64,000 nt of DNA, taken from the human T2T-CHM13v2.0 reference genome, Homo sapiens. Under the pieces are notes generated by a model. The model was not told the DNA's origin, searched no databases, and saw only the letters and a program-made list of their open reading frames with translations. Of this stretch, positions 13,331 through 26,995 are shown piece by piece. The DNA is taken from NCBI RefSeq assembly GCF_009914755.1, contig NC_060927.1. One strand, written 5' to 3'. The number at the start of each line of letters is the position of its first letter. Within the stretch, counting starts at the first letter, position 1. A program made the position numbers and the translations under genes.

Positions 13331-16259
13331 TTTTGTGAATGGTGATACTCAACCACTTTTGACTTATAAGAACCACAATTTCATTCCATCAGGTTCAACC
13401 TAACATGTGCAGTATATAGTGGAGCTGAAAATAAAAAGGTTTTAAGGCACCAGATAGCTAATAAAGGGCCACTGGGATATAGACAAAACATTGGCATTTT
13501 AAAACATTTTGGACATACGTGGCTGCCTTCATCTGACTCAAAGCAAAAACTGATCAGTGGTGAGGCAGGCACTGTCACTTTTCATCACAGTCATTTGAAA
13601 CAAAGGATTTTATAGCTAAGCAGGAGAAGATTCCTTCCAAAGAAGATGGAGACAGACCAGACAGTGAACGCTGTCACTATGTCATTGGTGGCACCTTGGG
13701 CCTGGTCAGTCGCCAACCCTCTGCTTCTTGGGCGTCCAGGTCGAGTGTACTGACAGACGACATAATGGACACTGTTGCTTCCCCCAGCAGCCACTGCCCT
13801 CTTCCTTTTCCTAACAACATCCCTAGTGTGCCCAGAAAGCCACCCTCCTGCTGACACCCACGAGGCTCAGAGAAGCTCAGACCTTGCACCTCAGGTGGAC
13901 TGTCAGCAGAGCCTACTTCTTGGGCCAGTTACTGGCCCAGCCGTGGCAAAGTTACCTGAGTGGGACCAATTCAGCTGAGGAATGAGGTGTCGCATGCCAT
14001 GTTCCTACCCACTGGACAGAAAAAGAAGGTGTTGTCCCAAGGCTGCTGGCTGCCATCTGCTGACCATGCGGAAACCAGCTTGAGGCAAAGACAGTGCCTA
14101 GGACGGCATGGCCAAAGAGATACAGACGACCCTGGTGACATCTCCAAGCCCCATCTCTGGACATCCTGCTGTGAGAAATGGTAACTCCTCATTGCTGAAG
14201 CCAGGTTGGGTTGGGATTTTGGCTTCCCACAGCCAGAACATTCCAACTGGTATGGAGGGAGAACTTGTTTGCAAAGTGTCATGCATGAGGCAAACATGCA
14301 GGGTCTGGCTGCATCTCCTGTTTCTGAGCTCTGTGCTCTAGCTTAGGGGGATTATTTGGCATCAGTTTCCCCTGGACTCTTCTATAACTTGGGTAAATGA
14401 AGCCCCCTCCCTAAGAAACCTTTTCATGAGACATGAAAACAATCAAATAGAGGATCTGCGACAATTTTCTATACAGGTGCCACCTGCCAGTAGGGAACGA
14501 GAACTAAGGCCACCAAAGTGTCACAGCACGGGCAGAAGGTGGGCTTCAGTGAGCCCTGCAGGCAGGAAGTACCAGACCCCTCCTGAGGAGCAAACAAGTC
14601 CTCTGGCGTGGCTGTTTCCTGGAGCTTTCAGAGGGACAGAGATGTGATATCTGAACAGTACAAAGGCAGGGGCTAGGAGGCAGTCCAGGGAATGTGACCC
14701 AAGGACACCACACAATCCAGTCTGGTTGGAATGGATGGTTCACAAGGAGAAGTAGAGAGAAACTTAGAAAAATCAGCTGAGGGTGTGATGCCAGATCAAG
14801 GAGTTTGAACTGTATCTTCTAGGCAATAGGGAGCTATTATAGGTCTTGGAGCAGAGCAGCCTGGAGGTTCTCTGGGAGAACAGAGGTAGAAAAACCAGTT
14901 AGGAGCTCCCAAGCTCAGAGTCTCCCCATTTAATACAGGAGAGGAGAGCCTGAGTGTTAGAATGGGGGGCCTAGAAGGGAGCGCACAGAGGAAGCTGGTG
15001 GGTCACACTCTGCATGAAGTGGGCACAGGAGCATGTTCCTGATGGCAATTCGAGTCCCAAAGTCTGCAGATGATTTAAATTTAAATAAATTCTGATGAAC
15101 TCAAAGCTCATCCTTTAATAAAACTTCCACTCATTCACATCTTAATGGGCCTTCTTGGTGGTGAGAGAAGAGGATAAAGTCACAGCTATGTTGAGGGCCC
15201 TGCAGAAAGGAGAATATAGTGGGGCCCTGACTTCATGTCCTTCATTCAGGTCTTCAAGGCTCTTGTGGAACACGGGCTGAGAACTTCTGGGCCAGCCACA
15301 GGTGAGAGGCCAGAGGTCTGTGGCTGCCTTCTTAGCTGGGTTTTAACATCACCTCCAGTCAGCCTTGTTCATCTCTAGGGGAGTGTCCCTGTGAGCCTAG
15401 AAATCCTGCAGCTGAGAAATCTAATTAAACTCAGTGTTTCCTCAGTCTTTTCCAACCCATACACCCATTGATAATAAAGAGAAACTCTCTCATGCCCCAA
15501 ACTGACCTGTAAAGTTCAGTATCCCCTTCTCCCTCATTCATAAGACTCTCTTCTGCAAAGTCTGCTCCTCAAGACCAGTGGATTCTATCAACCTTTACTT
15601 TCTGAAATCGGTATTTTATATCAACATCTATCTATATATTTTACTTTTCAATGTAAAATTATATCACTGCACATGCTCTTTCAAATAGGCATGCCCCCAA
15701 CTGGACATTCTCCATACAACCCCACCAACTAAGAACTACTGTGCTGAACTACATTAAAGTGCTGATATGACCATTTTTGACCAGTGTCCCATGGTCCTGC
15801 CATAAGAACCAACTAACCTTACCACCACCATGGTATGGACAGTTCTTCTCAAGAGAGGACACCTGCGTGCCCAGTAAGACATGCCCTCAGCTGGAGTTCC
15901 GACATCTGATCTCTAGGAGGAAAGAAGAGAAGCCAGGAGCTAGAAAGAAACCAGAAAGAGGGAGAGTTCATTGACATTTGAGGTTAGGAGAAGAAAAAAA
16001 AAAGGATAAAATAAGAAAAGGGACAAAAGGTTTAAAAAGAGAATGGAAAGACAGTAAGGAGAGACTGTCTTACCAGGGGGTGGAAGGGAGACCACCCTGA
16101 GATCCTCAGCTCAGATCTAGACCAGGGAACTGAAGAGGAACTCACACTGGGGTGGCAGGGAGGAAGGCACCAGGGAGGAACATGAGCAGGAGGAACAGTG
16201 GGAATATTTGTGAGTGTTTACCCTAAAGGAATGACTGGACTGGCAGTTGTAAGAGGAAC

Positions 16260-17590
16260 TATGTCAAGCACAGTTCAAACATTTTTTGTATACACAAAAT
16301 ATCAAGGTGCTAATTTCAGACACTGATTCTCCTCCCACAAAGTATCTAGTGATAACTGTCATAGCTAAGGAAATGGTTGGAATTATAGGCGTTCCTAGTT
16401 CAGTTCACCAAGAGGGCCTGGAAGCAATGACAGTGCAGTAGCAATCAGTATACCCAGCACCCAGATCTGTGTTTCTAAAAATCTTTCTCTACAAAAAGGA
16501 ACCAGAGCTCCTTGGAGAAATGGTTTATTCCAGGGCTAGGGCAGGGAAAGTACAAGACAAGCTTGGAACATTTTGTAGTGCCAGAATGTAAAAGTATTAA
16601 AAAAAAAATGATGGGGAGACAGTGAAAAGGCACAGGAGCCAGCATGAAAGAGCTCCCAACAGCTAAATCTTGGATAATTTTAGTACCAAAATTAAAAAGT
16701 AATAGTAATGAATTATAACCCATAGAATAAAATATCCATGAGTCAATATTGATATGAATAAATAATTAGGAGAGAAAGGACAGCTCTTCCTTAGAGAATT
16801 CCAATTAAAAAATGTAGAAGCAATCATGGAAATAGATCACCATTTGGCAAACATCACAGTAATAACTGTTGCAGGCAAGATCTGCTGATAGATGCTAAAA
16901 TTAGTGGGTGAAAAAGTATGATGAGAGGATATTTGCATAGTCTCAAAGATTCTTCCCATGAGGTGCATATTAATTACAAAGGTAAAAATAGAAACTACAG
17001 TAGAGAAGCCTGGCAGACATGCCCTGAACCAAGTAATCAAAATTAACATCACCTGTAATAACCTATTGACGTAATGTACCCCTTTATATGATGCACTGAG
17101 ACAAGACCTCACTTCTGTGGTTTTCTTGCCCAAAATGCGTAACTTCAATCTACATTTCTAAATGGGGATTCGTGATTCTCGCTCCAGTTCTAGCTCTGAA
17201 TAAGGTCTGTAGGTTAGCTAATAGAGAAAATCTTAAACCCAATTTAAGGGATGTTCTACCAAATACCTGGCCAGTACTTGACAGGGCTAAGGTCATAAAA
17301 GACAAGGGAAGATGGAGGAGCTGCCTCAGATCGGAGGAGACTAAAGAGACACAGCAACTTAATGCAGTGTGGGATTCTGGTTTGCGTCCTGGACCAGAAA
17401 GGGAATATTAGTGGGATGATTTTGAATAAGGTCTGCAGTTTAATGTGTTGTGTGAATTTCCTGGTTTTGATCATTACATTGTGCTCTGTAAGATGTTATT
17501 AGTAGGGGAAGTGGGGAGAAATGGTTTATGTAACTTTTTTGTAAGTCTAAAATGTATTCAAAATAAAAAAGTTATTTTAAATTATCTATT
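16260..17590 (+). mobile_element. L1MC/MD-like 3' fragment
   Basis: aaaaggaaccagagctccttggagaaatgg..., aatgcagtgtgggattctgg..., and an A-rich end. Confidence 0.75.
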
Positions 17591-17620
17591 TTTAAAATAA
17601 ATTAGATAAGAAACATGAGT

Positions 17621-17927
17621 TTTTGTTTTGTTTTGTTTTTTTGAGACAGGGTCTCACTGTGGCCTTGCCCAGGCTACAGTACAGTGGCATGATACCAGCT
17701 CACTGCAACCTCAAATTCCTGGGCTCAGGCGATCCTCCCATCTCAGCCTCCCAAATAGCTAGGAGTATGGGCACGGGCCACCAGCCTGGCTAATTTTTAA
17801 ATTTTTTGTAGAGAAAGGGGTCTGGCCATGTTGCCTAGGCTGGTATTGAACTCTTGTCCTCAAGCAATCCTCCTGCCTCAACCTCCCAAAGTGTTGGAAT
17901 TACACATGTGAACCACCACACCCAGCT
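17621..17927 (-). mobile_element. AluJ
   Basis: Antisense Alu with J diagnostics (gggctcaggcgatcctccc); TSD AACATGAGT. Confidence 0.9.
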
Positions 17928-18984
17928 GAGAACATGAGTCTCTATAAATATTAATGACATGTAAAATGACATGAACGTGGTTTGCTCTAAAATCCTCCAG
18001 CAAACAAAGTAGACAGACAGAACCCGACAGGGGGATACTGATCACTGTGGAAGATGGTGGAGTTCTTTATATATTTGTACTCTTTTGTGTTTACTTGACA
18101 AAATAAATAAGTTAAAAAGGAAACAGTAAAGAATTAAAGAAATCACTATTTATAAATTACAAGAGAATTCTGAAGAGTAACAAGAAATAAATCGATATTC
18201 AGGAAAAACAAAACTAGGCCCTCTCTGGAGAGATGGGAGGCAGATGCATGCCCTATGAGCTGATGCACATTTTGCCCGGATCAAAGAATAGCTTCCAACA
18301 GAAGCTAAAGCCAAAACAGACAAACCCAGGGAATATCAGCTAGAAGAGAGGAAAGACTTACCTCCAACATGAGTGGGCATCTCAGCCACCAGGCATCATC
18401 TCTCTAGTGATCATTCTGCCACCTGCCCCTCTCTTAGGCAGAATTGGCAGCAGGTGGGGATATGGGGCAGTGGCTGCAGGCAGGAGTCTAGGGTCCACAT
18501 CTGGACCTGGCTGACTGTACATGCAGTGGCCAATCCCAGCAAAGCACTGAGATCAGGGCCTTAGGGCAAAGCTCATAAACCAGGAAATATGGGTGGGGGC
18601 CTTGTGAGGCAAACTGGCAACTAAGCAGAGACCAGCCTTTGAGACTGGAGGACGTGGGGGCTGCTTCTAATTAGCTGCTAAGTCTTCCCAATCCCCTAGT
18701 CCCTAACCCCTCCCAACTCCATCCTCCTATCCCCACTCTCAGGCCCTGCCAGAATAGTGTTGATGGAAGGCAGGACAGACTGGCCTGCATGGACCTGCAC
18801 TGGGCATTTCAGGTTTCTGAGTTACCCTTCCAAGGGGAAAATGGGAAGAAAGTTTTGCTGGGGATGGACAGAGCAACATTCTGCTAGAAACAGCATGGTG
18901 GATAGAGCATAGGTCCTGGAGTTCTGATTGCCTGGGGATTTCTACCAACTTTACCACTTATGAGCAGGCAGCCTACACCGCTGT

Positions 18985-19250
18985 CTGATGAATACCCCAC
19001 TCCCATACCCCCCAGGCAGGTTAGCTTTGAGACATGTTCTACACTGGTTCCCAGGGTTCCCCAGTGGGATTAAGTCCCAGGGTTACCCACTGGTAACAAG
19101 CGTGACACACATACTTTTTGGCTGCCTTCCCTTCCCTCTCTCACTTTCTCACTCCCCATTCATGTTTACAAGTCTATTGGGACTGAATACAAATCATCTA
19201 CTTGTTAAAGAATCCTTGTCTTAGGATCTCAGGATCTGCTCCTGGGTGAC
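18985..19250. mobile_element. LTR16-like ERVL LTR fragment
   Basis: gttctacactggttcccagggttccccagtgggattaag...aatccttgtcttagg. Confidence 0.5.
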
Positions 19251-20934
19251 TTAAAAAAAAATAGATCTAGTCCTGAATCCAGAGGAGAACCTTAATAAAC
19301 ATAGATATTACTGTATTTTGTCACTATGGAGACATGGAAAGCCACCCTTGCACTTCTACCTACTGTGAATTAGGTAGCCAAAGTGTGGTAGTAGGAAGCC
19401 AACAAGCAATTGGGCAGTCAGTGGTCACTACAAAACACTGTCAGTCTATTTCCCACACTCCTGTGGCACCTGCCCCTCCTCCCAACAACCTGCATAAGCC
19501 AGCCAAACTGAAGGATCATGCAAAATCTTCAGGAAGGTTTTCAAAAGACAACAGATGGAGGCAAGGAGTACATTAATCGGATCTCCAGCCCTAAAGAAGA
19601 TAAAGAGGCCTTTCCCCATCACCACATCGAAATGTTCCTGGATAATAAACACACAATTCTCTAGGAGGAAAATTCACAATGTTGGAGAATAACTGGGCCA
19701 AGTTGCTTACTGGGCAACAGACCCAGTGATTTCCCCTTTCTCCAGACCAATTTTCACTGCTGTGGGGCTATCACAGCCTGGAGAGGCTGCCAGTCTCACT
19801 GACAACAGAACAGCAGCAAGGAGGCAAGGGAAGTGAGAGAGCCCAGGTGGGCCTCCTTGGCCTTAGAGACTGAAGAGACTTGGAGCTAAGCCGCTGTCTT
19901 CCACAGGACTGCAGCCTGGTCTGACTGACACTGTCTGCTTGGTCCTAATGTCTGACTGTTCAGGGCAGTCTGTGCACCAACTGCCTCCCCAGGGCACTGG
20001 CGACAAAGGGATAAGAATTCTTTCAGACTGAAGGCCTCCATGCCCCACTTCATCTGTCTCCTGGCTCTGCTGAAATGTGCAGGGGCCAGGATCCCAGCAT
20101 CACAAGAAATATGACTGTGCAGTGACAAGGAACTCCCTCTCAGTTTTAAGCAGCCCACCCTCCTTTGTACACTTACTCTGAGAGCACAAAAGCAGAGCTG
20201 GAATGTGCCTCTCCTGCACCTGCTGTCCGTAATCCTGTCTCCCAGTGAGCCCACTTCTGAGCAGTCATGCAAGCTCACCCTGTCTGCAGTCAGATCTGGC
20301 TGGCACCCCAACCTGTTGAGCTCCTGCTGCGTCTCAGTGCTATGCTAGGTCCCTCACACGCATACACAGCCTTGCTAAATCCTTCCTTGCCCCTGCTCAG
20401 CAGGGTGGTGCAATTTGTCTCCATTTTCCATCCAGAGAGAGGCTCAGAGGCTGAACCATGTGTCAACAGTCCAGGATTCAACACCAAGCACGTCCACCTG
20501 TGCTGCCTCTCAGAGACAAGGGCTGCCCAGATGAAGTCTTGCCATGAGGAGGTGAGAGGTGGCACTTGGAGGCATGGGCCTCCCAGGATAATACATTTTG
20601 TCTCTACTTAGTGCCTTCCTGAAAACAGAGGCTGATTCTTTAGGATGTGCGGGTGGGCATGAAGGTCCAATGGTCACTGATGCAAAGGACCCCACTGCCC
20701 TCTGGGCTTACAGAGCCTCCAATGAGATGGGATCCGTACAGGACAGATGGTCTTTGACATGAGCCATTCCACACAGAGGAATAAAAAACAGATCAGCCCT
20801 TTTCCTGCTTGGGCAAGGACATGACAGGTGCCCTAACAAAGCGTCCTCCAGCCTTGCCCCTGCTCCATGCCAGGACAGCTGCATGCTTCAGTGCTTCTCG
20901 GCTGTCTTGCCCTAAAGCGTTCCTCTATGTACTA

Positions 20935-21070
20935 GCCCCAACCCTATGAAGTATCATTATTCCCTATTTTTAGATGAGGAACCGGAGGTTGAGGAGGTTG
21001 AGTGACTTGCCCAAGGTTACAACAGGTGTGAAGCTTAGGTCTTAACCTAGTGTTCTTGGACTCTAAAGAC
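20935..21070. mobile_element. MIR
   Basis: attattccctatttttagatgaggaaccggagg...gtgacttgcccaagg. Confidence 0.7.
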
Positions 21071-21679
21071 TGTGTTGAAAACCACCCTCAAGATACAGAA
21101 GATCCAGTCTTCATTAAAGTGGGGCAAGGGGCAGAGAAGAGAAAGAAACACCTCAGACATTCAGAGAACTCAATCAGGGAGGAGCGAGCCCAAATAAGGG
21201 CACGCACATCCCACCCTACTTTGCAGCCCAGTCCCCTCCTGGACCCATGACAATGACCAGAGAATGCCACTGGCTGACCAGCTGAAAGTCATCAGGCTAT
21301 GGGGCAGGGAGAAGGGAAGATGAGTGAATGCTGGGTGGATGTGATCACAGTGCTCAGTGGTGAAACTCTTGAAGGAGACAAAAGGGATTCAAAGGGGACC
21401 CAACAACCTTGATCCTTATTTGTTTGCTTTCCTTTAGAAAAGCGGAGGTAATCAAACTAGGAAAAGCTGCCTCTTCCTATCACTCCTCTTACTCGTGCCC
21501 TAAGCGGAGTTTTGGCCCCTCCACTGCTCTGGGACCAGCAGCTGATTCCCGTGCTGTACCTCCCATCCCATCCTGCTACCAAGGATCCAATCGGCACCTG
21601 AAACTGATTCCCAGATTACCAACAACTATTAAATATGAACCCACTCTTACCTTGAAAAACACACTCAAAATCACCAGCC

Positions 21680-21890
21680 TCTAACACTTTATGTTCCAGG
21701 CAGTATACTGAACACTGTAGGTATATTTTCTCATTCAATCTTCAAACCAACATTAAGAGGCTAACACTATTTCTATTACTCCATTTTATAGATTGGGACA
21801 CAGAGGCTGGGAGAAGCTAAGTAAATGTGTCCAAGTCCCTCAGCATGTACAGAATGGAGGCAGGATCTGAACATGGATTCTAAGCACTGT
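21680..21890. mobile_element. MIR
   Basis: ccattttatagattgggacacagaggctgggagaagctaagtaa. Confidence 0.6.
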
Positions 21891-22662
21891 CTTATGTTAA
21901 TAGCCCAGGCACCATTTGGACCTCACCTTCTTGGCATTCCAGGGCCACACAGACCAGGGTACTTCAACACCACCATGTTTATCTGCCTCTGCCTCCTCTA
22001 TATTGGGCACCAAATTTAGAGACCAACTGGAGTGGGGAACAAAGGGCTTAGTAGCTCAGCCAGGACAAAGCATGATAAAACAAAAATTTTTTCAAAAGAA
22101 AGAGAAAAAAGAAATCAACAAGAGATTAAAAACATGCCTAGAAAATCCCTTTAGAAACTGAGGCAGACAGGAGGAAGCTACCAATTCACTCCCCCAAACC
22201 ACTTTACTAAGCTCCCAAGAGCAGTTAAATGTTATCAGATCCCCAGACTTAGTGAATCCTCCTTTCTAGGATCCCAGCTGTTCCGAGCATCAGAGGATAA
22301 TGTCAAAAATGCTGTTGCAACTGCAGACCCCAGTAACAGCTGGGCAGGTGGGGTGGGGCCACTTGCCTTGGGGAGCTCACCACGTGAGGGTGGTCATTGG
22401 TGCTGGGTGCAGGCTGTACTTCTGGGGGCCCTGGCCAGCCCCAGACACGGGCACAGAAAAGCCCATAAGGGCTTTAAGGTTTGATAAGGAGTAAAAGCTC
22501 CAGGAATTCTGGGCCCAGAGTAGGAGGTGCACACTCACATGCCTGCTAGGGCCGGAGCCAATGGAGAAAGTAAAGCTGAGGGTGGGCTGTGTGACCTGGA
22601 GACAGAACACCTAATGCCAGCTGATGAGAGAATGGCGGGAAAGCAGCCTGGTGGTACCTATC

Positions 22663-23058
22663 TGTATCAGTCTGCTTGGGCTCCCATAACAGAATACCAG
22701 ACTGAGTGCCTTAAATGACAGAATTTTCTCACAGATCTGTCAGGGTTGGTTTCTGGTGAGGCTTCTCTTCCTGGCTTGTAGATGGCCTCTTCTCTGTGTG
22801 GTGGGGAGGGAGGAGAGGGGCAGGTGAGCAAGGGGGAAAGGGAGGGAGAAAGGAAGCCGGGAGAGGGAGGTGGGGAGAGAGAGAAACACTCTGATCTCTT
22901 TTCCTCTTCTTATAAGGACACCAGTCCTATCAGATTAGGGCCCCACCCTTATGACCTCATTTAAGCTTCATTATTAGGATGATCTATCTCTAAACACAAT
23001 CACAGGGGGGTTAGATCTTCAACATATAAATGGGGGGAACATGATTCAGTCCATAGCA
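22663..23058 (-). mobile_element. MLT1A-like LTR containing a purine-rich run (22800-22884)
   Basis: tgtatcagtctgcttgggctcccataacagaatacc...ttataaggacaccagtcctatcagattagggccc...attcagtccatagca. Confidence 0.8.
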
Positions 23059-24192
23059 ATACTCTTCTGATTTTCCCAGAGAAGCAAAAATCTATTTAAA
23101 ATGTGAAATGTCCTCATTTGTAACTTCTGGCAATTATTCAAATTGAGTGAAGACAACGTGCACCAAGGCCTGGGGCTGCTGGCCTCATGGTTGCCAGTTA
23201 AAAACGGATGCTCATTTGCAAGCTCTGGTCTAAAGCAAATCCCCTGTCCTGCTGGCCTCACCATGGCCTGTGCCCGGGTTCCCAGTTTTGTGACTGCCAG
23301 AACCAGCAGCTCACCGGTCACTCCTCCACAAGAAGGGTTACAGAGGTGGAGGGACCAGACAGCCAGCACCTGCCAGACCCAGGCTGCAGAAGATCAGGCA
23401 GGGCCCAGGCCAGGAGGGGGTCAGCAACGGTGCAGAAGGTTTTATATTTTACTTTCACAGCAATTTGACTTTTAAGGATTGTTCACACTTCCAATTGAAA
23501 ATTATAGAAATCTTATTTTGTCACTGAAAAGTGTTTTTGTCCTAAATGCAGCCTGAAGTACTAGTGCTAGATTGTGGAAGCTTTCAGTCCTGTATTGATT
23601 TGTTGTCTTACATGTTGTAAATTAGTAAGGAGTAAACATGTTTCACTAACTCAAGCTTATCCTCAGAATGATCTCTTTCCCCCTCCTTTTTTTTTGGTTA
23701 TCTGAAGTAGTATATGGAACTGGTATTAATAACATAATGCTTACATTTGCTCCTAAATTAAATATTAACCTAATGCTATTGATAAATTCGGCATTTATAG
23801 ATCAGGTTTTCTGACCAAGGTATTTATCCTTTGGCAAAATCTTGGCAGTCTGAGTGGTTCTTGTAAAACTTAACACATTTAATTATCAAGGCATATTTAA
23901 CATTTAGTTAAGGGCTCACTTTCTTAGATTAAAACTTTGACATGGGTAGTATCTTCTTGCTTTAGAATAAAGAGCAAAGCAAAGTCAAAGCTGGAGACAT
24001 TAATCCACCATCAATAGCTGATGACTGTGACTATATTGCCTTATCAATAGAAAAGGAACCCCTTCAAAGCAGGAAAAACTCCAACAGAATTCAAGTCTGT
24101 ACTACTTTGGTGAGAAGGGTGATGTCAGTCTTTGCTGAGGATAAACCAAGGCTTGAGTGTGGGGCAGGACGTTCGGCCTTCCACCAGCTCAT

Positions 24193-24222
24193 ATGCAACC
24201 CTCTCACATGCAACCCTCTCAC
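24193..24222. repeat. Perfect 15-bp tandem duplication ATGCAACCCTCTCAC x2
   Basis: Seen directly. Confidence 0.95.
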
Positions 24223-25399
24223 CGGTTTTCAGCCTCCAAATAACGCAGAAACCTTTGCTTGCCACACAGCCTGCCGTGTCATCTGGCTTTTGCTTAGCAC
24301 AAATGGGTCACCTGGAAGTGACATGTGCCTGTATTGGTCCTCTCTGGCATCACTGTGTACCAGTGTGGTCATAAACGGGGATGAAACAGAGAACAGAACG
24401 GTGGGAACCTCTGTTGTGTGGCTCACAAAGGTAATGGAGAACACGCCTACACCAGGTTTTCTAGGTGGAACTACAAAATCAAATGAAAACAATTCTTACA
24501 GGGAATGCTCAGACCCCAGTGTGTACACAAATCCAGATGGACCCTCAGGCCCAATTTGAGAGGGTTGAACTGATCAAGAGAGCCAAAAACACCCAGTATA
24601 GGAAGCATAAAACATTCACAAAGAAACACGAGGAAGTGTGCACAACAAGAGATCATCCAGGGAAGCTGGCTGGAGGGTGGGTGAGTTTTGAGCAAGTTTT
24701 TGGAGGTGTTTTGGTGGTGATGGAGGATAAGATGAGCATCTCTGTTATGTGTCTACATGTCCCAATTACTCATGACTGCTACAAATCTGTCTGCAGCAAG
24801 CATCACTGTCTAGTTCTCACAAATGTCCAGCAAACCATGAGGCCTCCAAGCCATGGGCAGTGATGGCCAGGCCCAAAGCCATGTGCAGTTCAGTGGGCAC
24901 TGCATACCCAGACAGGTAAAGGTCGGGGAGCCCAGGCTGTGGGGCAGGCACAGAAGTGCCAGGGAAGGCAGGAGATAAAGCTGCCAGGAGACCTGGGTTT
25001 CAACAGTAGAGCCCTATGGGCTCAGGTGACTACTTGCAAAGCCTTCTGCAGGGTGACGCTTTATGGCAGCCAGGTCCCTGCCAGATACCCAGGGACCCTG
25101 AGATCCCACATCAGCAAGCAGAAGGAGGTGACAGAATTAGGCTGAGTTTTCCTTTGGTCTCATTACCACCATGTCACCCTCAACTCCTCCCTTTCCTAAT
25201 AATAATGATATTATCATAGCTAAGATCTACTGGCCAATCACTAGGTGCCAGATTCTTCACTTTGCAATGATAATCTTTATTTTATAGATGGTAAAAATCA
25301 AAGCTCAGAAAGGTTAGAAAGCCAAGTTTACAGAGGAAGCAATGATAAGACTAACCCAGGTAGGCTGGCTACAGGGTCTGCGATCTCCTTCTTTTTATC

Positions 25400-26225
25400 T
25401 GGAAATAATTTTAAATTTACAAAAAAAGTTGCATGTATAGGACAAAGAACTCTCCTACACTCTTACCCAGATTCACCAACTGCTAATTTGACATCTTTGT
25501 TTAATCATTCTCTCTATATGCAGTCAGCCCTCTATATCTGCAGGTTCTGCATATGTGACTTCAACCAACTGTGGATCAAAAATATTCAAAAAAAACTTAA
25601 AAATACAAAAAAAGTATCAATTTAAAAACAATATAGTATAACAACTATTTACATAGCATTTACATTGTATTAGGTATTATAAAGAATTTAGAGATGACTT
25701 AAAGTATACAGGAGGATTGTGTAGGTTATATGCAAATAATGACACCATTTTATAACAGGCACTTGAGCATCCTTGGATTCTGGTATCTGTGGGGGATCCC
25801 GGAACAAGTCTCCCTGAGGAGGGCAACTGTATACAAATTCTCTCTCTTTTCTGAATCATTTGTAAATAAGTTGAAGAAATCAGGCCCCTTTAGCACTCAA
25901 TACTTTAGCATGTATTTTCTAAGAATGAAAACATTCTCTCACACCACAAAAATTAACGAAATGAATATTGATACTATAATGACAATGATATTATTATTAA
26001 CATATGGTTTCTATTTTCTGGTCCAGAATCCAGTCCAGGATGAAGCATGGTATCCAGTTATCACCGCTCTCTAGTCCCTTCCGATCTGGGGTAGCTTCTC
26101 AGTCTATCTTCAACTTATGATCTTGACAATTTTTAAGAGTCAGGGCCAGCTATTTTCTAGTATATTCCTCAATGTCTGATGTTTTCTCATGATTAGGTTC
26201 AGGTTATGCATTTTCGTGAGGAATT
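25400..26225 (-). mobile_element. L1M 3' fragment interrupted by MER2
   Basis: ggaaataattttaaatttacaaaaaaagttgca...ctggtccagaatccagtccagg...ttctcatgattaggttcaggttatgcat. Confidence 0.65.
25521..25829. mobile_element. MER2 (TcMar-Tigger MITE)
   Basis: Termini cagtcagccctc / gagggcaactg-TA; internal aactatttacatagcatttacattgtattaggtattata. Confidence 0.8.
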
Positions 26226-26794
26226 AGAGTCTGTACAATTAGTCATTAATACAACCCCACCCTATGTGAGTCTTTCTGGGACACTCACCTTGGGGCAGCC
26301 AGGATGAGGAAGGACTGAGAACCCCTATACTGTGTAGGATGCTAGAAGGAGTAGGGCCACTTTACTGGAGAAAAGAAGCCCCTGCACCCATGGTGTCTTC
26401 AAATACCTGAGTTGCTGCACAAGAGTGAGGCTGCTCCTGAGGAGTGGATGCAACCCCTTCTACCTGACTGGACACACATGCATGATGGTGACACGTGCAA
26501 CCCAAGCCCTAGGCACAAGTGTGGACTATGGGCACATATGATTCCCATTCTGTCCTGCCCAGCACAGCTGTGCCAGCTGCTCAGGGACCTAGAGTAAGAA
26601 CTGCAAAAAGAAGTCATGGGGAGGTGGAGCTCAGCATGGTCAGTTGGAGGAAGACTTTCCTAAAGACTAGAGCTGTTTGAGCATGGAGGAATCAGCTACT
26701 TTGTAGGGCAGTGAGCCCCTGCCTGGAAGTGGTCTAGCAAAAAACAAAAACAACCCATGTGGACTACTCCACAGCGGGGATAGGGCTGGCCATG

Positions 26795-26995
26795 GTGTCT
26801 TCCAAAGCAGGACTCAGTGGATCCGTGGACCTGTTGTAGCAGTATCACCTGGGATCTGAGAAATGCAGAATCCTGGGCCCCACTTCAGACCTGCAGAACC
26901 AGAATCTCTCTGAGATGAGGACCCAGGAACTTGTGTCTTAATAAAGCTTCCAGGTGATTCTTGCGTGTGCACAATACTGAGGGGAACTGCTCTGA
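26795..26995. mobile_element. MER5A
   Basis: gcagtatcacctggga...aaatgcagaatcctgggccccac...agaatct...ccaggtgattctt. Confidence 0.7.

Noticed and set aside
24107-24863. Cluster of 74-150-aa ORFs suggesting a processed pseudogene
   Set aside because: No recognisable protein in any frame, and no poly(A) tail or TSD.
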